This document shows, in pieces, positions 40,195 through 52,164 of a stretch of 64,000 nucleotides of DNA. Location: the NCBI GenBank assembly GCA_963740415.1, contig CAVUEC010000013.1, forward strand, positions 335,878 through 399,877. The letters are read 5' to 3'. The DNA comes from Candidatus Eiseniibacteriota bacterium. Lineage in GTDB: Bacteria; Eisenbacteria; RBG-16-71-46; SZUA-252. The notes under the pieces were generated by a model. The model searched no databases. It worked only from the letters and a program-made list of their open reading frames with translations, and was not told the origin of the DNA. Numbering within the stretch: the first letter of the stretch is position 1; each line of letters begins with the position of its first letter. The position numbers and the translations under genes are program-made.

Positions 40195-41228
40195 ACACCA
40201 CCTCGAGCCGCGCGCCGAGGACCACCACCTCGAGCCGCGCGCCGCGGCTTCGCCCCGAAGAAGCGATCGCGTTCGCCATCTTCATTCCCATGGCGTACGC
40301 GCTCGCGCGGATGATCGGCGTGCCGCCCGACGTCGGCGGTCCCGCGGCCGGCTACCCGAGCTCCCTGACGCGCCTCATCGCGCTCCTCGGGGTCGCCTCG
40401 CTCTTCTTCTGGCTCCTCTTCTTCCGTCCGCAGTGGGAGCTGGCGCGCGACGCGATGCCGTTTCTCTTCTGCGCGAACGTGTACGCCAACCTCCACGACC
40501 TGATCCGCTTCTACGGCGCGCCCAGCATCACGCCGATACTTTACTGGTGGGACGTCCGCCTGTTCGGTGTCGAGCCGAGCGTGTGGGCGGAGCAATTCAT
40601 CCGCCCGCTTCTCACCGATTCCTTCACGTTCTGCTATTGGCTCTTCTACGTCCTCGGTCCGCTCCTCGGGCTTCTGCTCTACCTGAAACGGGATCGAACG
40701 GGATTTCGATACACGATGGTGAGCGTGGTGTTGTGCCTCTTCATTGGGTACATCGGATACGTCGCGTGGCCCGCGACGGCGCCGCGGCTGGCGATTCCGT
40801 GGGCCTATTCGGTTCCGCTCCATGGATGGTCGCCGTTCCTCGACTACTCTCGCGCCGCGGTAGCGGCCGTGCCCCTCACCACCCAGGGCGCGTTTCCCTC
40901 GCTCCACTGCGCGATCGCGCTCCTCACGCTGCTGCTCGCGTGGAAGCACCTGCGCTGGTTCTTCTGGGCGCAGCTGCCCTTCTGCGTCGGACTTGTTGTC
41001 GGGACGGTCTACCTACGGCACCACTGGGTGGTCGATATCCTCGTGGGATTCGTGCTGGCGATCGCGGCGCACTGGGCGGGTCCGCGGATCGAGAACGCGT
41101 GGAACCGCGCGGCAGGCATCGGGATTGAGCCTGCCGCGCGGACAATCGATTCGGCCGTGCCTACTTCCGAACGTAGCCCTGAGCCACGGCGCGAGGTGGC
41201 GGCCCGTACCAATGCCGGCGGTAGTTGA
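40192..41228 (+). CDS. PAP2-family membrane phosphatase
   Basis: ATGA overlap with the preceding gene; multiple TM helices; PAP2 motifs SFPSLHCAIALL and YLRHHWVVDILVG. Confidence 0.75.
40195..40250 (+). repeat. 27-bp in-frame tandem duplication in the PAP2 N-terminal tail (TTSSRAPR x2)
   Basis: acaccacctcgagccgcgcgccgagg / accaccacctcgagccgcgcgccgcgg. Confidence 0.6.
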
Positions 41229-41562
41229 GCGGAACCGTCCGCACCGATTTCGGAACCGACGTGGCGTTTAGATGTAAGAACGGCCCCTGCCACGTGCGCG
41301 AGCGGTACCACCGCTCGTTTTCCACGAAATACCAGTAGCGCCCGTAGCGGTAGAGATCGCACTCGCGATCGCGGACATAGTAGACCTTGGTCGTCGGGAC
41401 CAGCACGACCGCGGGCTCCTCATTGAATTCAAGCGAAGCTCCCCGGTACGGATCGCCCACACGAACGCGGGCTTCCACGTTCGTTTCGGCGGCGCCCCGG
41501 GACGGGACCCAGCTCAGCAGCGCGACGAGGGCGGCGACCACCCATAGCTCCCCACGTTTCAT
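41161..41562 (-). CDS. secreted hypothetical protein (Tyr/Arg/Trp-rich)
   Basis: Signal peptide MKRGELWVVAALVALLSWVPSRGAA; no family recognised; 3' end overlaps the PAP2 gene convergently. Confidence 0.4.
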   Translation of the reverse strand: MKRGELWVVAALVALLSWVPSRGAAETNVEARVRVGDPYRGASLEFNEEPAVVLVPTTKVYYVRDRECDLYRYGRYWYFVENERWYRSRTWQGPFLHLNATSVPKSVRTVPLNYRRHWYGPPPRAVAQGYVRK

Positions 41563-41633
41563 GGCGTGATCCTCCTTCCGTGGCCGCCCCGGAAAGGAGG
41601 CTCGGCCTCGAATCACGCCCCGGAAAACTGCAA

Positions 41634-41657
41634 CCGGCGTGCCATTTCAGCACGCCG
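41634..41657 (-). terminator. Rho-independent terminator downstream of the GH1 gene (minus strand)
   Basis: On the minus strand CGGCGTGCtgaaatgGCACGCCG followed by GTTGCAGTTTTCC; preceded by an AT-rich stretch (ttatttatatatagttaa) right after the GH1 stop. Confidence 0.45.
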
Positions 41658-41685
41658 AAATCCAGGTTAACTATATATAAATAAA

Positions 41686-43003
41686 TTACTTATGTGGTTG
41701 GCCGGGGCCGGCCATGGGACGGGTCGTGCGCATCGCCACCTGCTCTGCATAAATCCTCGCGGAGGTCCGGGGCCTTCGCGGAGTCCCCGCGTGGTCGAAA
41801 TCGACCACGAAGAGACCGAAGCGTCCTTCGTAGCCTTCCATCCATTCGAAGTTGTCCATCAGGGACCAGTGGAAGTAGCCGCGGACGTCGGTCCCGGAGG
41901 ACTTCGCGCGGTCGACCGCGGCGAGGCTGGCCCGGATGAAGTCGGGCCGCCACCGATCGGCCGCGTCCGCGATGCCGTTCTCCGTCACGATCATCGGCAA
42001 TCCGTATTCCGCGCACTCGCGCAGCGCGCGCTCCAGGCCCTCGGGATAGATCTCCCAGCCCAGGTCGTTGACCGCGGAGCCGCGGCGCGCCGATCGGGGC
42101 TCGCCGGCCAAGGAGCGAGACCATCCAACGGGTGTAGTAGTTCACGCCGAGAAAATCCGAGGATCCTGAAAGCGAGTCCACGGTTCTCCGGACCGGCTTG
42201 GCGCCCGGAATCGAAAGCTCGATGGGACCGCCCGCCAGCGCGCGCACGACGGCCTGGTTGAAAACGCGATGCTGGACGGCGGCGGCGAAGCGGTCGATGG
42301 GGGACCAGCGCGTTCGCGGCTCGAGGAGCACCCAATGCTTCGCCGCGCCGATCAGGGCCGCCGCTCCGTCGCCGTCGGCGTCGACGCGGTCCGTCTCCCG
42401 AAGCGCGCGCGACGCGAGGCCGTGGGCCTCGAGCAGGTTCGCGATGACCGCGAGCGCGCGCGAGCGGTCGTGCAGCCCGGGAGGGAAGATCCCGGCGTCG
42501 TATCCGTAGAATCCGAGGACCTCCGGCTCGTTCACGGTGATCCACCGGTCCACGAGATCCCCGTAGCGCTCTCCGGCGAGGCGCGCGTAGCGCTCGAAGT
42601 ACGCGAGGTTGGCGAGCTCTTCCCATCCGCCGCGATCCGCGAACCACGCAGGATTCGTGAAATGGTGGAGCGTGAGGAGAGGGTCGATCCCGCGCGCGCG
42701 GCAGCCCTCCAGAATCGCGCGGTACCGCCCGATCGCGGCTTCGTCGAAGCGCCCTTCCTCTGGCTCGATTCGGCTCCACTCCAGCGACAAGCGGTACGCG
42801 TTGAGGCCGAGTTCGCGAATGAGGTCCAGGTCCTCTTCCCAACGGTCCCAGCTCCCGCACGCCACGCCGGAGCGCGCGTCGCCTCGTATTTTTCCGGGGA
42901 TCGCCTCCCAGCGCGACCAGTCGTTCCGGTCGTTGCCTCCTTCGATCTGGTGGGCGGAGGTCGCGACGCCCCAGAGAAAGCGATCCTGACGCAGAGGCGT
43001 CAT
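41686..43003 (-). CDS. bglA: beta-glucosidase, glycoside hydrolase family 1; one frame change near 42110
   Basis: WGVATSAHQIEGG; TVNEP (acid/base); GVNYYTR; C-terminus in ORF 41686..42111 ...ITENG (nucleophile)...WSLMDNFEWMEGYEGRFGL. Confidence 0.8.
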
Positions 43004-44400
43004 TCCGCGAGAAACCGCGCGGCCATCGCCGCGGCCTGCTCGCGAATTTCCGGCACCGCGAGCGTTTCCCAGAGGACTCCGCGGAGCGGCGGGCCGAGGG
43101 TGACCAGGAAGGGAGACGGCACGCCCTTCGCGTCGAGGAGAAGGCCCTCGGGCGTCGCGTCGAGGCCAAAGCCGTGCGGTCCGGGCCGCACCCAACCTTC
43201 GCGCATCAGGCTTTGCACCAGTGGAGACTCGATCTTCCCGAAATCCCCCTCCGGGCCCGTCGCGTTGATGACGCGCGCGACCCGGATCGTTTCCGCGGCG
43301 GACCGGCCGCGGGGGAGAATCGAGACGTCCACGGCCGGGCCCGATCGCCGAAAATCTTGAATCCTCCCCGCGCGGACGATCAGCCGGCCGCTCGCGCGCA
43401 TCGCGTCGATGTCCACCATGTTGCCGGGCGCGGTCCTATGGCGATGGATTTCCCAGTAGGCGCGCACGTGAAGCAGGAATCTCCGCTGTTCCTCGGGCGG
43501 CAGATCCCGCCAGAGACGCTGCGAGTGCGGCCGGAGCGAGTCGACGACCGAGCGCCAGTCCACGCCCCGGGCCGCGGCGCGCTCCGCCTCCTCGCGCATC
43601 ATCCGAACCAGCGCGCGCATGGTCCGCGGAAGCGAGGCGTACTCGATCGACCACGCGGCGGTGGATCGCGGCGCGTTGGGATGGCCCACAAGGCCCCGGC
43701 GGGAGACCGCCGTTATCGGTCCCCGGTGGCCCGAGCGCGCGAGGGACACCGCCACGTCGATCATCGTGAGCCCGCATCCGACGATGAGAACGGAAGAATC
43801 GGCGTCCATTCCGCCGAGGGCGCCGTCCGACCACGGATCGTGGACGTAGGCGTCCGTTCCGTAGAACGCGTCCTGGGCCGCCGTCGGGTGGGGCGGAAGC
43901 GGATTCCCGAGCGCGAGCACGACGCGTGAGCCCTCGACGGTTCCTCCCCCCTTGAGATGAACCGCGGCGCCGCCCGGGACCCGCGCGACGCCGGTCGCGG
44001 TGTCCCGCACGTGGTGGAGCGTTGAGCCGGTCGCCCGGCCCGCCGTCACGGCGTCCTCGAGCACCGAGTGGATGTATTCCGCGTAGAGCCCTCGCGGGAG
44101 AAACGCTTCCGGGTCCGCGGCCGCCTTCCATCGCGCGGCGGCCTCGCGCCCCGGGCCCGAGAGCCACCGTGCGAGATGGTCCGGATCGCCGGCGACGCCG
44201 CTCATCACTTTCACGCGCACGTTCAGGAAGTGCTCCGGATGACGCGTGCGGTACGCGACGCCTTCCCCGATGCGTTGAGAGGGGTCGATCACGGACACCT
44301 GAACCGGCGCGCGCGCCTGGGAGAGGACGTGCGCTGCCACGAGCGTGCCGCTCCACCCTCCGCCGACGACGACGATGGATCGAGGCGAATTCGGATACAT
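43000..44400 (-). CDS. FAD/NAD(P)-binding oxidoreductase (PF13454-like)
   Basis: IVVVGGGWSGTLVAAHV dinucleotide-binding motif; second Rossmann-like VLIVGCGLTMIDV; stop overlaps the GH1 start (ATGA). Confidence 0.6.
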   Translation of the reverse strand: MYPNSPRSIVVVGGGWSGTLVAAHVLSQARAPVQVSVIDPSQRIGEGVAYRTRHPEHFLNVRVKVMSGVAGDPDHLARWLSGPGREAAARWKAAADPEAFLPRGLYAEYIHSVLEDAVTAGRATGSTLHHVRDTATGVARVPGGAAVHLKGGGTVEGSRVVLALGNPLPPHPTAAQDAFYGTDAYVHDPWSDGALGGMDADSSVLIVGCGLTMIDVAVSLARSGHRGPITAVSRRGLVGHPNAPRSTAAWSIEYASLPRTMRALVRMMREEAERAAARGVDWRSVVDSLRPHSQRLWRDLPPEEQRRFLLHVRAYWEIHRHRTAPGNMVDIDAMRASGRLIVRAGRIQDFRRSGPAVDVSILPRGRSAAETIRVARVINATGPEGDFGKIESPLVQSLMREGWVRPGPHGFGLDATPEGLLLDAKGVPSPFLVTLGPPLRGVLWETLAVPEIREQAAAMAARFLAE

Positions 44401-44450
44401 CGCCCCATCTTACCAGCGCCCGAGGCTCCCTTCTGCTAGGATGCGCGGCC

Positions 44451-45515
44451 ATGCCCGCCCCGGATCCAATCCGCGTCCTCCTCCTAGGCACCGGTTTCGG
44501 CGGCCTGGTGCACGCCCCCGGCTTTGCCTCAGACCCCTCGTTTCGCCTCGTCGGAGTGGCCAGCGCCCGGCTCGAGCGGGCGCAACAAGCCGCGCAGGCA
44601 CATGGGATTCCCTACGCAACGGACGACTGGAAGAAGATGCTCGAGGAGGTCGACGCGGACCTCGTCGCGGTGGTCACGCCGGTCGATCTCCACTATCCGA
44701 TGGCCCGCGCGGCGCTCGAGAAGCGCCGGCACGTAATCTTGGAGAAACCGTTCGCGCTGAACGTGGCGCAGGCGAAGGAGCTGGCGGCGCTCGCGAAGTC
44801 GCAGGGGGTGGTCGCGATCGTGAACCACGAATTCCGGCACCAGCCCGGCCGGGCCGCGCTGACCCAGTGGATCGCCGATGGGAAGTTGGGGCGGGTGGAG
44901 CATCTGGTGATGCGGACGCGGCTGCCCGGATGGGCGAGGTCACCGGAGCGGCGACTCACCTGGCTCACCGAGAAGGAGCGGGGCGGCGGCTTTCTCGGCG
45001 CGCTTGGCTCTCACGACGTGGATCAGATTCTCCTCTGGGGTGGGCCGATCCGGCGCGTGTTCGGCAGGCTTCGCCTCCTCGCGCCGAGCGCGCCTGGGGT
45101 GAGCGCGGCCCACAGGGCGATCACCGCGGAGGACTGCTACACACTGCTACTCGAATTCGAGAGCGGGGCCACTGGGGTCATCGATCTCTTCGGCGGATCC
45201 AAGGTGCGCCAGGAATACTACGAGGCGATCGGCTCCGAGGACGTTTTCGTTGTCGTGGGCGGGAACAAGATCGGTAGGCCGAATCCGGAAGGGGGATTCG
45301 AAGAGCTTCCCGTCCCCGCGGACCTTAGGCTCGAGCCCACGCCCGAGATGGCCCTCCTGGCGCCGTTCCGCGTCAAGCTGGCCCTCCTCCGCGACGCGAT
45401 CCGCGAGGGCAAGCCCGCCTCGCCCACGTTTGCGGAGGCGGTGGAAGTCCAGAAGGTGCTCGACGCGGCCCGGAAGAGCGACCAAACCGGGACGTGGGTG
45501 GAGGTCGGGGAGTAG
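44451..45515 (+). CDS. Gfo/Idh/MocA-family NAD(P)-dependent oxidoreductase
   Basis: IRVLLLGTGFGGLVHAPGF Rossmann N-terminus; EKPFALN motif. Confidence 0.8.
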   Translation: MPAPDPIRVLLLGTGFGGLVHAPGFASDPSFRLVGVASARLERAQQAAQAHGIPYATDDWKKMLEEVDADLVAVVTPVDLHYPMARAALEKRRHVILEKPFALNVAQAKELAALAKSQGVVAIVNHEFRHQPGRAALTQWIADGKLGRVEHLVMRTRLPGWARSPERRLTWLTEKERGGGFLGALGSHDVDQILLWGGPIRRVFGRLRLLAPSAPGVSAAHRAITAEDCYTLLLEFESGATGVIDLFGGSKVRQEYYEAIGSEDVFVVVGGNKIGRPNPEGGFEELPVPADLRLEPTPEMALLAPFRVKLALLRDAIREGKPASPTFAEAVEVQKVLDAARKSDQTGTWVEVGE

Positions 45516-45733
45516 TCCGCGGGAGGCCGCGCTCCGAGTGCGGTCACGCCGCTCCCGTCCCTAAACGCAGCGCGCCGCTCGGGCGCCCGGCTAACAGCCG
45601 AGCATCCAGAGCGGCGCGAGCAACAGCAGCACGAAGATTAAGAACAGTACGATCGGATTGTGAGGGCTCACCGCCCCCTATCCTACCGCAGTCTCAGAGG
45701 GCGATCCGCCCCCCGTTGCTTCCCTCGGCGATA

Positions 45734-46651
45734 CTAGTCGTCTTCCCCGTGCATCTCGTCGCGGTCGCAGTGCCCATTGTGATTCCGATCCATTCCCATC
45801 TTGAGGGAGCGGATGATCGCATTGCGGATCGGCAGGCCGTTCTCGCCGTCGCGGGGATCGAGGAACCTCCCGCCCGGCCCGCGCAGCCACTGCGAAATGT
45901 CGAACGTGATGAACGCCGTGGCCGGCGTTGGCGCCTCCACCACGAACTCGCCCTTGATCTTGAAGACGTGATAGATCTTGGCCCGGTACGTGAACGTGTC
46001 CCCGCCGGGGCCGTCCACCGTCCCCTGCAAGTAAACCGTTCCGCCGATCAGATACTCAAACGAAGAGGCGTTCCAGTCGTCGGCGAGGAGGGGCCGGATG
46101 TGTCCCATGGTGTTCTTGTAGGTACCGGGCTCCACGATCTGGGTGTCCAGGCTGTCGGCCGTCTGGCTGAGCAGGTCGACCACGAAAGGCCCGACGAATC
46201 GGATGTTCACAACGGAGTCTTCGTCCCCGTCGCCGCCGTGGTGGCCCCAGCCGTGGTTCTCCACTTCCTGCGCGTAGGCTTCGTCCAGGGAGTGCGGAGT
46301 GGCGGTGGTATCGGTCCCGCCGCCGGTGGAATCGGTCTCGCCGCTGGAGATCATGTGGAAGCGAATGTCATGCACGACCAGGAGCGCCTTCGTGAAGGTG
46401 ACCGGGATCGTGTCGTCCGTGGTCGAGGCGAAGGACGCGCCGATCGACCGGGCCATCGCCGCGGGCTGTCTGCCGCTTGCGGTCCCGAGCCCGATGGCCT
46501 TCAGGGTCATGGGGACCGTCCCGTTCCCGGCTCCGGCGATGTTCTTGGCGTTGTCGCTGCTGCACCCGGCCGCGACGATGAGGCAGGCTGCAGCCAGGGC
46601 AACGGAGCGAATGTGGCGCGGCAGACTACGTCCTAACTTGATCTGGAACAT
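45734..46651 (-). CDS. lipoprotein of unknown function with His/Asp-rich segments
   Basis: GGGAGGA RBS; lipobox LIVAAGC; GHHGGDGDED and DRNHNGHCDRDEMHGEDD motifs. Confidence 0.5.
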   Translation of the reverse strand: MFQIKLGRSLPRHIRSVALAAACLIVAAGCSSDNAKNIAGAGNGTVPMTLKAIGLGTASGRQPAAMARSIGASFASTTDDTIPVTFTKALLVVHDIRFHMISSGETDSTGGGTDTTATPHSLDEAYAQEVENHGWGHHGGDGDEDSVVNIRFVGPFVVDLLSQTADSLDTQIVEPGTYKNTMGHIRPLLADDWNASSFEYLIGGTVYLQGTVDGPGGDTFTYRAKIYHVFKIKGEFVVEAPTPATAFITFDISQWLRGPGGRFLDPRDGENGLPIRNAIIRSLKMGMDRNHNGHCDRDEMHGEDD

Positions 46652-46891
46652 GGCCTTGGATCCTCCCACACAAGTGATGTTGGCCACGTCTGGGTGCGGC
46701 AGGTCTGCTGGGGGTGCTGATCTGGCCGAGCTCGGACGTGCACGAACGGGAGCCTTCTGCCACACTCCCGAACACCGTCCCACGTGACGCGTATTTTGAC
46801 AGAAGCACTGTTTCGGATCAACCCTATAAGGTACTCGCGTCGCCGGCGACCGATCGGCGATCCAACGCCCTCAACGTCCCAGGGAGACCCC

Positions 46892-49576
46892 ATGACCGCT
46901 GCGTCCGCATCCCGAATCGCGATCGCCCTGCTCGTCCTCGGCTGCCTGGTGCGCGACACCCGCGCTCGCCGAGCCCTCGGCCGGCCGGCTCCCGACCGAC
47001 GTCCAGCCCACGTTCGAGGCCATCCACCTGAACCTCGATCCGGCGAAGATGGACTACACGGGCTCGGCCCGGATCGATCTCACGGTGTCCCAGCCGACGG
47101 CCACGATTCAGTTTCACGCGCAGGAGATGAAGCTCACCAAGGTGATCCTCAAGGCGAAGTCCGGGGAACGCGCGCTCCAGATTCAGGAAGGCGAGCAGGG
47201 GCTGATCACCGCGGTCTCGGCGACCCAGATCAAACCGGGCGCGTACACCCTCGAGATCAACTTCTCGAACGAGTTCGACCAGCGCGCCACCAGCCTCTAC
47301 CGCCTGGAGAGCGGGGGACACGCCTATTGCTTCACGCAGTTCGAGGCCTGCGACGCGAGGCTCGCCTTCCCGTGCTGGGACGAGCCCTCGTTCAAGTTCC
47401 CGTATCAGATCACGCTCACGGTTCCCAAGGCGGACGAGACGGTGACCAACACGCCGATCGAGCGGCAGACGGCGACCGGCGCCCAGAAGACGGTCGTGTT
47501 CCGGCGCACCAAGCCGCTCCCCTCGTATCTCCTCTGCATCGCGATCGGCCCGTTCGACTTCGTGCCGGTCCCCGGGACCTCGATTCCGTCCCGCATCGTG
47601 ACGCCGAAGGGAAGCGCCGCGCTGGCGGGCGAGGCGAAGAAGGTGCTGCCTCCGATCCTGGCCGCGCTCGAGAAGTACTTTGGCCAGCCCTATCCCTACG
47701 AGAAGCTCGATCTCATCGCGGTCCCCGAGTTCACGCCGGGCGCGATGGAGAATCCGGGCGCCATCACCTACGGCGACCGTTTCCTCCTCTACGATCCCAG
47801 CACGATGAGCGTCTCTCAGCGCCGGACGCTCAGCCAGTTCACGGCGCACGAGCTGGCCCACATGTGGTTCGGCGACATGGTCACGATGAAGTGGTGGGAC
47901 GACCTCTGGCTCAACGAGTCGTTCGCCGAGTGGATGGGGAACAAGATCGCGGAGGAGACCTACCCGAATCTCCAGGTCGAGGTGACCGCGCTCTTCGAGC
48001 TTCAGGGCGCGATGTTCCGCGACACCCAGCTCGCCACGCGGTCCATCCGCCAGCCGGTCGATTCCTACACCAATATTCTCTCGGCGGCCGACCCTCTCAC
48101 CTACAAGAAGGGACAGGCGACGCTCGCGATGTTCGAGCAGTGGATGGGCCCGGAGACGTTTCGTAAGGGCGTCCTCGACTACCTGAAGGCCCACCAGTGG
48201 AGCACCGCGACGGCAGGCGATCTCTGGGAGGCGCTCTCCAAGGCCTCTGGGAAAGACATCCGCGCGTCCATGGCCACGTTCATCGATCAGCCGGGCATCC
48301 CGCTCGTGCGGGTGGAGAGCCTGGGTAACGGGCAGGTCCGCCTGTCGCAGCGCCGCGCTCTCAACTACGGCGCGACGCCGCCCACGCCCCAGCTCTGGCA
48401 GATTCCGATCACGCTCAAGTACTCGGACGGGTCGGCGGTGAAGACGTATTCGCTGCTCCTCTCCGACGCGACCGCGACCGTCACGCTCCCAGACCTCGCG
48501 GGCAAGAATCCGGCGTGGATCTATCCGAACGCCGGCTCCCGCGGATACTACCGATGGAGCGTCGATCCGCACGGATCTCCAGACTCTCGCCGGCGTCCCG
48601 CCCGAGACCCTGACGCCCGTCGAGCGGATCGGCCTGATCCTGAACCTGAGCTCTCTTCTGGACGCGGGCGCCATTCACGGTGACGACTTTTGCCGCCTCC
48701 TCCTCGCCTACGCGAATGACCCGCGGCCCGAGGTCACGCGCGCGGTCACGACGGCGCTCGGGACCGTGAAGGGCTCGTTCGTGACGCCCGCGCTGGAGGC
48801 GAACTTCGCCAACTACGTTCGCCGGGTTCTCGGCCCGGCGGCGAAGCGGTACGGATACGAGCGCACCACCGGGGAAGAGGAGTCCGTCTCGCTGCTCCGC
48901 CCGGCCCTGCTCGGGTGGCTGGCCGACGAGGGTCGCGACGACGAGGCACGATCCGTGGCCGAACGGCTCGGCAAATCGTTCTTCGCGGACCGGAACTCGG
49001 TCGATCCCTCGCTGGTGCGCCAGGCGGTGGTCCTCTCCGCGATTCGCGGTGACGCGACGCTCTTTGCCGATTATCAGCACCGGTTTGAGACGACCACGTT
49101 CCCGACCGACCGGGACAACTACCTGGACGGGATCGGAAGCTTCCGGGATCAGAAGCTTCGCACGCAGGCGCTCGCCTACACGCTGTCGGGTCCGCTTCGG
49201 CCGAACGAGCTCTTCTCGATTCCGTCCGCGGTCGGCTCGACGATCGGACAGGAGAAGGAAGTGTTCGATTGGCTCGTCCAGAACTACGACGTGTTCGTGA
49301 AGAAGCTTCCTCCCGCGTACATGATCTACATGCCGTACTTCGGGGCGAGCTGTGATCGCGAGATGCTCGCGAGGGCGCAAGGCGTTCTTCTCGGCGCCGG
49401 AGCATTCCGCGCCGGGCATGGCTCCCGAGCTCGAACGGGTGCTGGAGGGCGGAAACGACTGCGCCGGGCTCAGGGACCGGGAAGGCAAGTCGGTGGAGAG
49501 CTACCTGGCCGAGCTGGCCCAATCGAAGGGCTCGGTTGCGGCCCCGGCCGCCGCGAGTCCGGGAGCGTCCAAGTAG
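46892..49576 (+). pseudogene. pepN: aminopeptidase N (M1 family), three frame changes (~46948, ~48575, ~49385)
   Basis: Signal peptide MTAASASRIAIALLVLGCLV; GAMENPG exopeptidase motif; HELAHMWFGDMVTMKWWDDLWLNESFAEW (HExxH-x18-E); ERAP-like C-terminal domain in ORFs 48766 and 49352. Confidence 0.8.
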
Positions 49577-49608
49577 CGGCTCGATCGCGAAATTGGCGAC
49601 AAAAATCA

Positions 49609-49645
49609 GGGGTTAGGGAGCGATCCCTAACCCCTTTGATTTTAT
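49609..49645. terminator. bidirectional Rho-independent terminator between pepN and the tRNA gene
   Basis: aaaaatcaGGGGTTAGGGAgcgaTCCCTAACCCCtttgattttatt (A-tract / hairpin / T-tract). Confidence 0.55.
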
Positions 49646-49722
<77 letters not shown>

Positions 49723-49888
49723 GCGTGATATTCTCCCATCACTTCCGGTTTGTAAAGGGCCTTCTCCCCGCTCCGGGGGCGTGATCGCGCGCTCGACGCA
49801 CTTCGCGACGCCGATCGGCCGCGCCGCGCATCTTAATAGGGATGAGCCGGAGCGGCTCCGGCGGGGCCGCGCGTCGGGGGGCAGGATC

Positions 49889-52164
49889 TTGAAGTTGCAG
49901 CGCATTTCCCGATACCAACTTCTCGAAGAGATCGGCAAGGGCGGCATGGGCGTCGTCTATCGCGCCCGCGACGAGCACCTGGGCCGCGACGTCGCGCTCA
50001 AGGTCCTGAACGCCGGATCCGGGAGCGACGAGTCCACCCGGAAGCGCTTCCGCCAGGAGGCGCACGCCCTCTCGCTCCTCAACCACCCCGGGATCAGCAC
50101 GGTCTTCGACTTCGACAACCAGAACGGGACGGACTTCCTGGTCATGGAGTTCGTCGACGGGCAGCGCCTCGAGGATCTTCTGCGGTCGGGGCCCCTTCCC
50201 GAGAGCCGCCTGGCCGAGGTGGGCGCCCAGATCGCGGCCGCCCTGGCCGCCGCCCACGAGCAGGGCGTCATCCACCGCGATCTCAAGCCGGGCAACGTGA
50301 TCCTGACCTCGCGCGGTCAGATCAAGCTGCTCGACTTCGGTCTCGCGCTCCTCTGCCCGAGCGCCGCGGCGCACACCGAGACCCGAAGCGTCGCCGACTC
50401 CGGGCCGCCTCGTGGGGACGGTTCCGTACATGTCCCCCGAGCAGATCCTGGGCCGGGAGGTGGACGAGCGCAGCGACATCTATTCGCTGGGGGTCATCCT
50501 CTTCGAGATGGCGACGGGGCGAAGACCGTTCGCCGCGACGGTGTCGACCGCGCTCATGAACGAAATCTTGCATAGACCCGCGCCGAGCCCGGGCGTGCAC
50601 GGCGTGCGGCTCACGCCGGCGCTCGAAGCGCTCATCGTGTCGATGCTGGAGAAGGACCCGAAGAAGCGGCCCGAATCCGCGGCGCGCGTGGAAGCGGCGC
50701 TGCGGAGCCGGGATGGCGCGCGCCGCGTCCGCGGCGGTGCCCCCGTCCGCGTCAGCGCCGTTCGCCTCGATCCCGGGGGGACGAATCGAGTCGATCGTCG
50801 TTTTGCCGCTCGAGAACCTGTCCCACGATCCGGAGCAGGAGTATTTCGCGGACGGGATGACCGAGGCCCTGATCACGAACCTCGCCCAGATCCGCGCGCT
50901 CCGGGTCGTGTCGCGCACGTCGGCCATGCAGTTCAAGGGCGTGCGGAAGCCACTCCCGGAAATCGCGCGCGCGCTTCAAGTAGACTCGGTCGTAGAGGGA
51001 ACCGTGGCGCGCTTTGGAAACCGCGTGCGCATCACCGCGCAGCTGATCGAGGCGGCCACCGACCGGCACCTCTGGGCCCAGAGCTACGAGCGCGACCTGA
51101 GCGACGTGCTTGCGCTCCAGGGAGAGGTAGCGCGCGCGATCGCCGACGAGGTCCGGGTCCAGCTGAGCGGGGAGGAGCAGGCGCGGCTCAAACAGGAGCG
51201 CCGCGTCGATCCGGAGGCGTACGAGCTATACCTGCGCGGCCGTCATCACTGGAACCGACGGACGAGCGCCGAGACGCGGAAGGGCATCGAGTACTTCCAT
51301 CAGGCGATCCAAAGGGATCCGCAGTACGCGGCGGCCTACGCCGGCCTGGCCCGCGCGTACGACACGATGGGGACCTACAATTTCATCGCTCCCTCCGAGG
51401 CCTTCTCGCAGGCCGCGACCGCCGCGGCGCGCGCCCTGGAGCTGGACCCCGCGCTCCCCGAGGCCCACACGGCGCTCGGCGGGGTGCTCTTCACCCACAG
51501 TTGGGATTGGCCGCGCGCCGAGGCGGAGTACCGTCGCGCCCTCGCCCTCGACCCGAACTCCGCGGACGCCTATCACTGGTACAGCGATTTCCTGTCCGCC
51601 ATGGGTCGCTCGGAGGAGGCGATCGCGTCCATACAGCGCGCCCACTCGCTCGAGCCCCTGTCGCTGACGATCAACATGAGCGTGGCGGTCTGCTACTTCT
51701 ACGCGCGGCGTTACGACGATGCGATCGCGCAGCAGAAGCGGACGCTCGAGCTGGATCCCACCTTCGCGCCCGCGCTTCGAAACCTCGGTGGCGCGTACGA
51801 AGAGAAGGGAATGTGGAACGAGGCGATCGACGCGTTCATGAAAGCTGGATCGCTCTCTCCGGGAGATCTCACCGCGACCGGGCTCCTGGCTCATGCCTAC
51901 GCGGTGTCCGGCCGGCCGGATGAAGCGAAGCACCTGGTCAACGAGCTCATGGAGCAGTCAAAGACGCGATACGTGTCTCCGTACACGATGGCGGCGATCC
52001 ACGTCGGGATGGGGGACACGGAGAAAGCCTTTGAGAACCTGGAGCAGGCGTTCGCTTCGCGCGACCGCGGGATGGTGTGGATCAAGGTGGCGCCGAGGCT
52101 GGATGCCTTGCGGTCCGACCCGAGGTTCAGCGACATCCTGCGCCGGATGAAGCTACCGGGCTAG
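49889..52164 (+). pseudogene. Ser/Thr protein kinase with TolB-N-like region and TPR repeats; two frame changes (~50410, ~50715)
   Basis: GKGGMGVVYRARD ... HRDLKPGNVIL ... DFGLA in ORF 49781; PYMSPEQ in ORF 50412; IVVLPLENLSHDPEQEYFADGMTEALITNL + TPRs in ORF 50713. Confidence 0.75.

Noticed and set aside
40195-40250. Possible CRISPR-like repeat.
   Set aside because: Only two copies, 27-bp period, inside a CDS and in frame. This is a simple tandem duplication, not a repeat-spacer array. No CRISPR arrays or cas genes were seen anywhere in the window.
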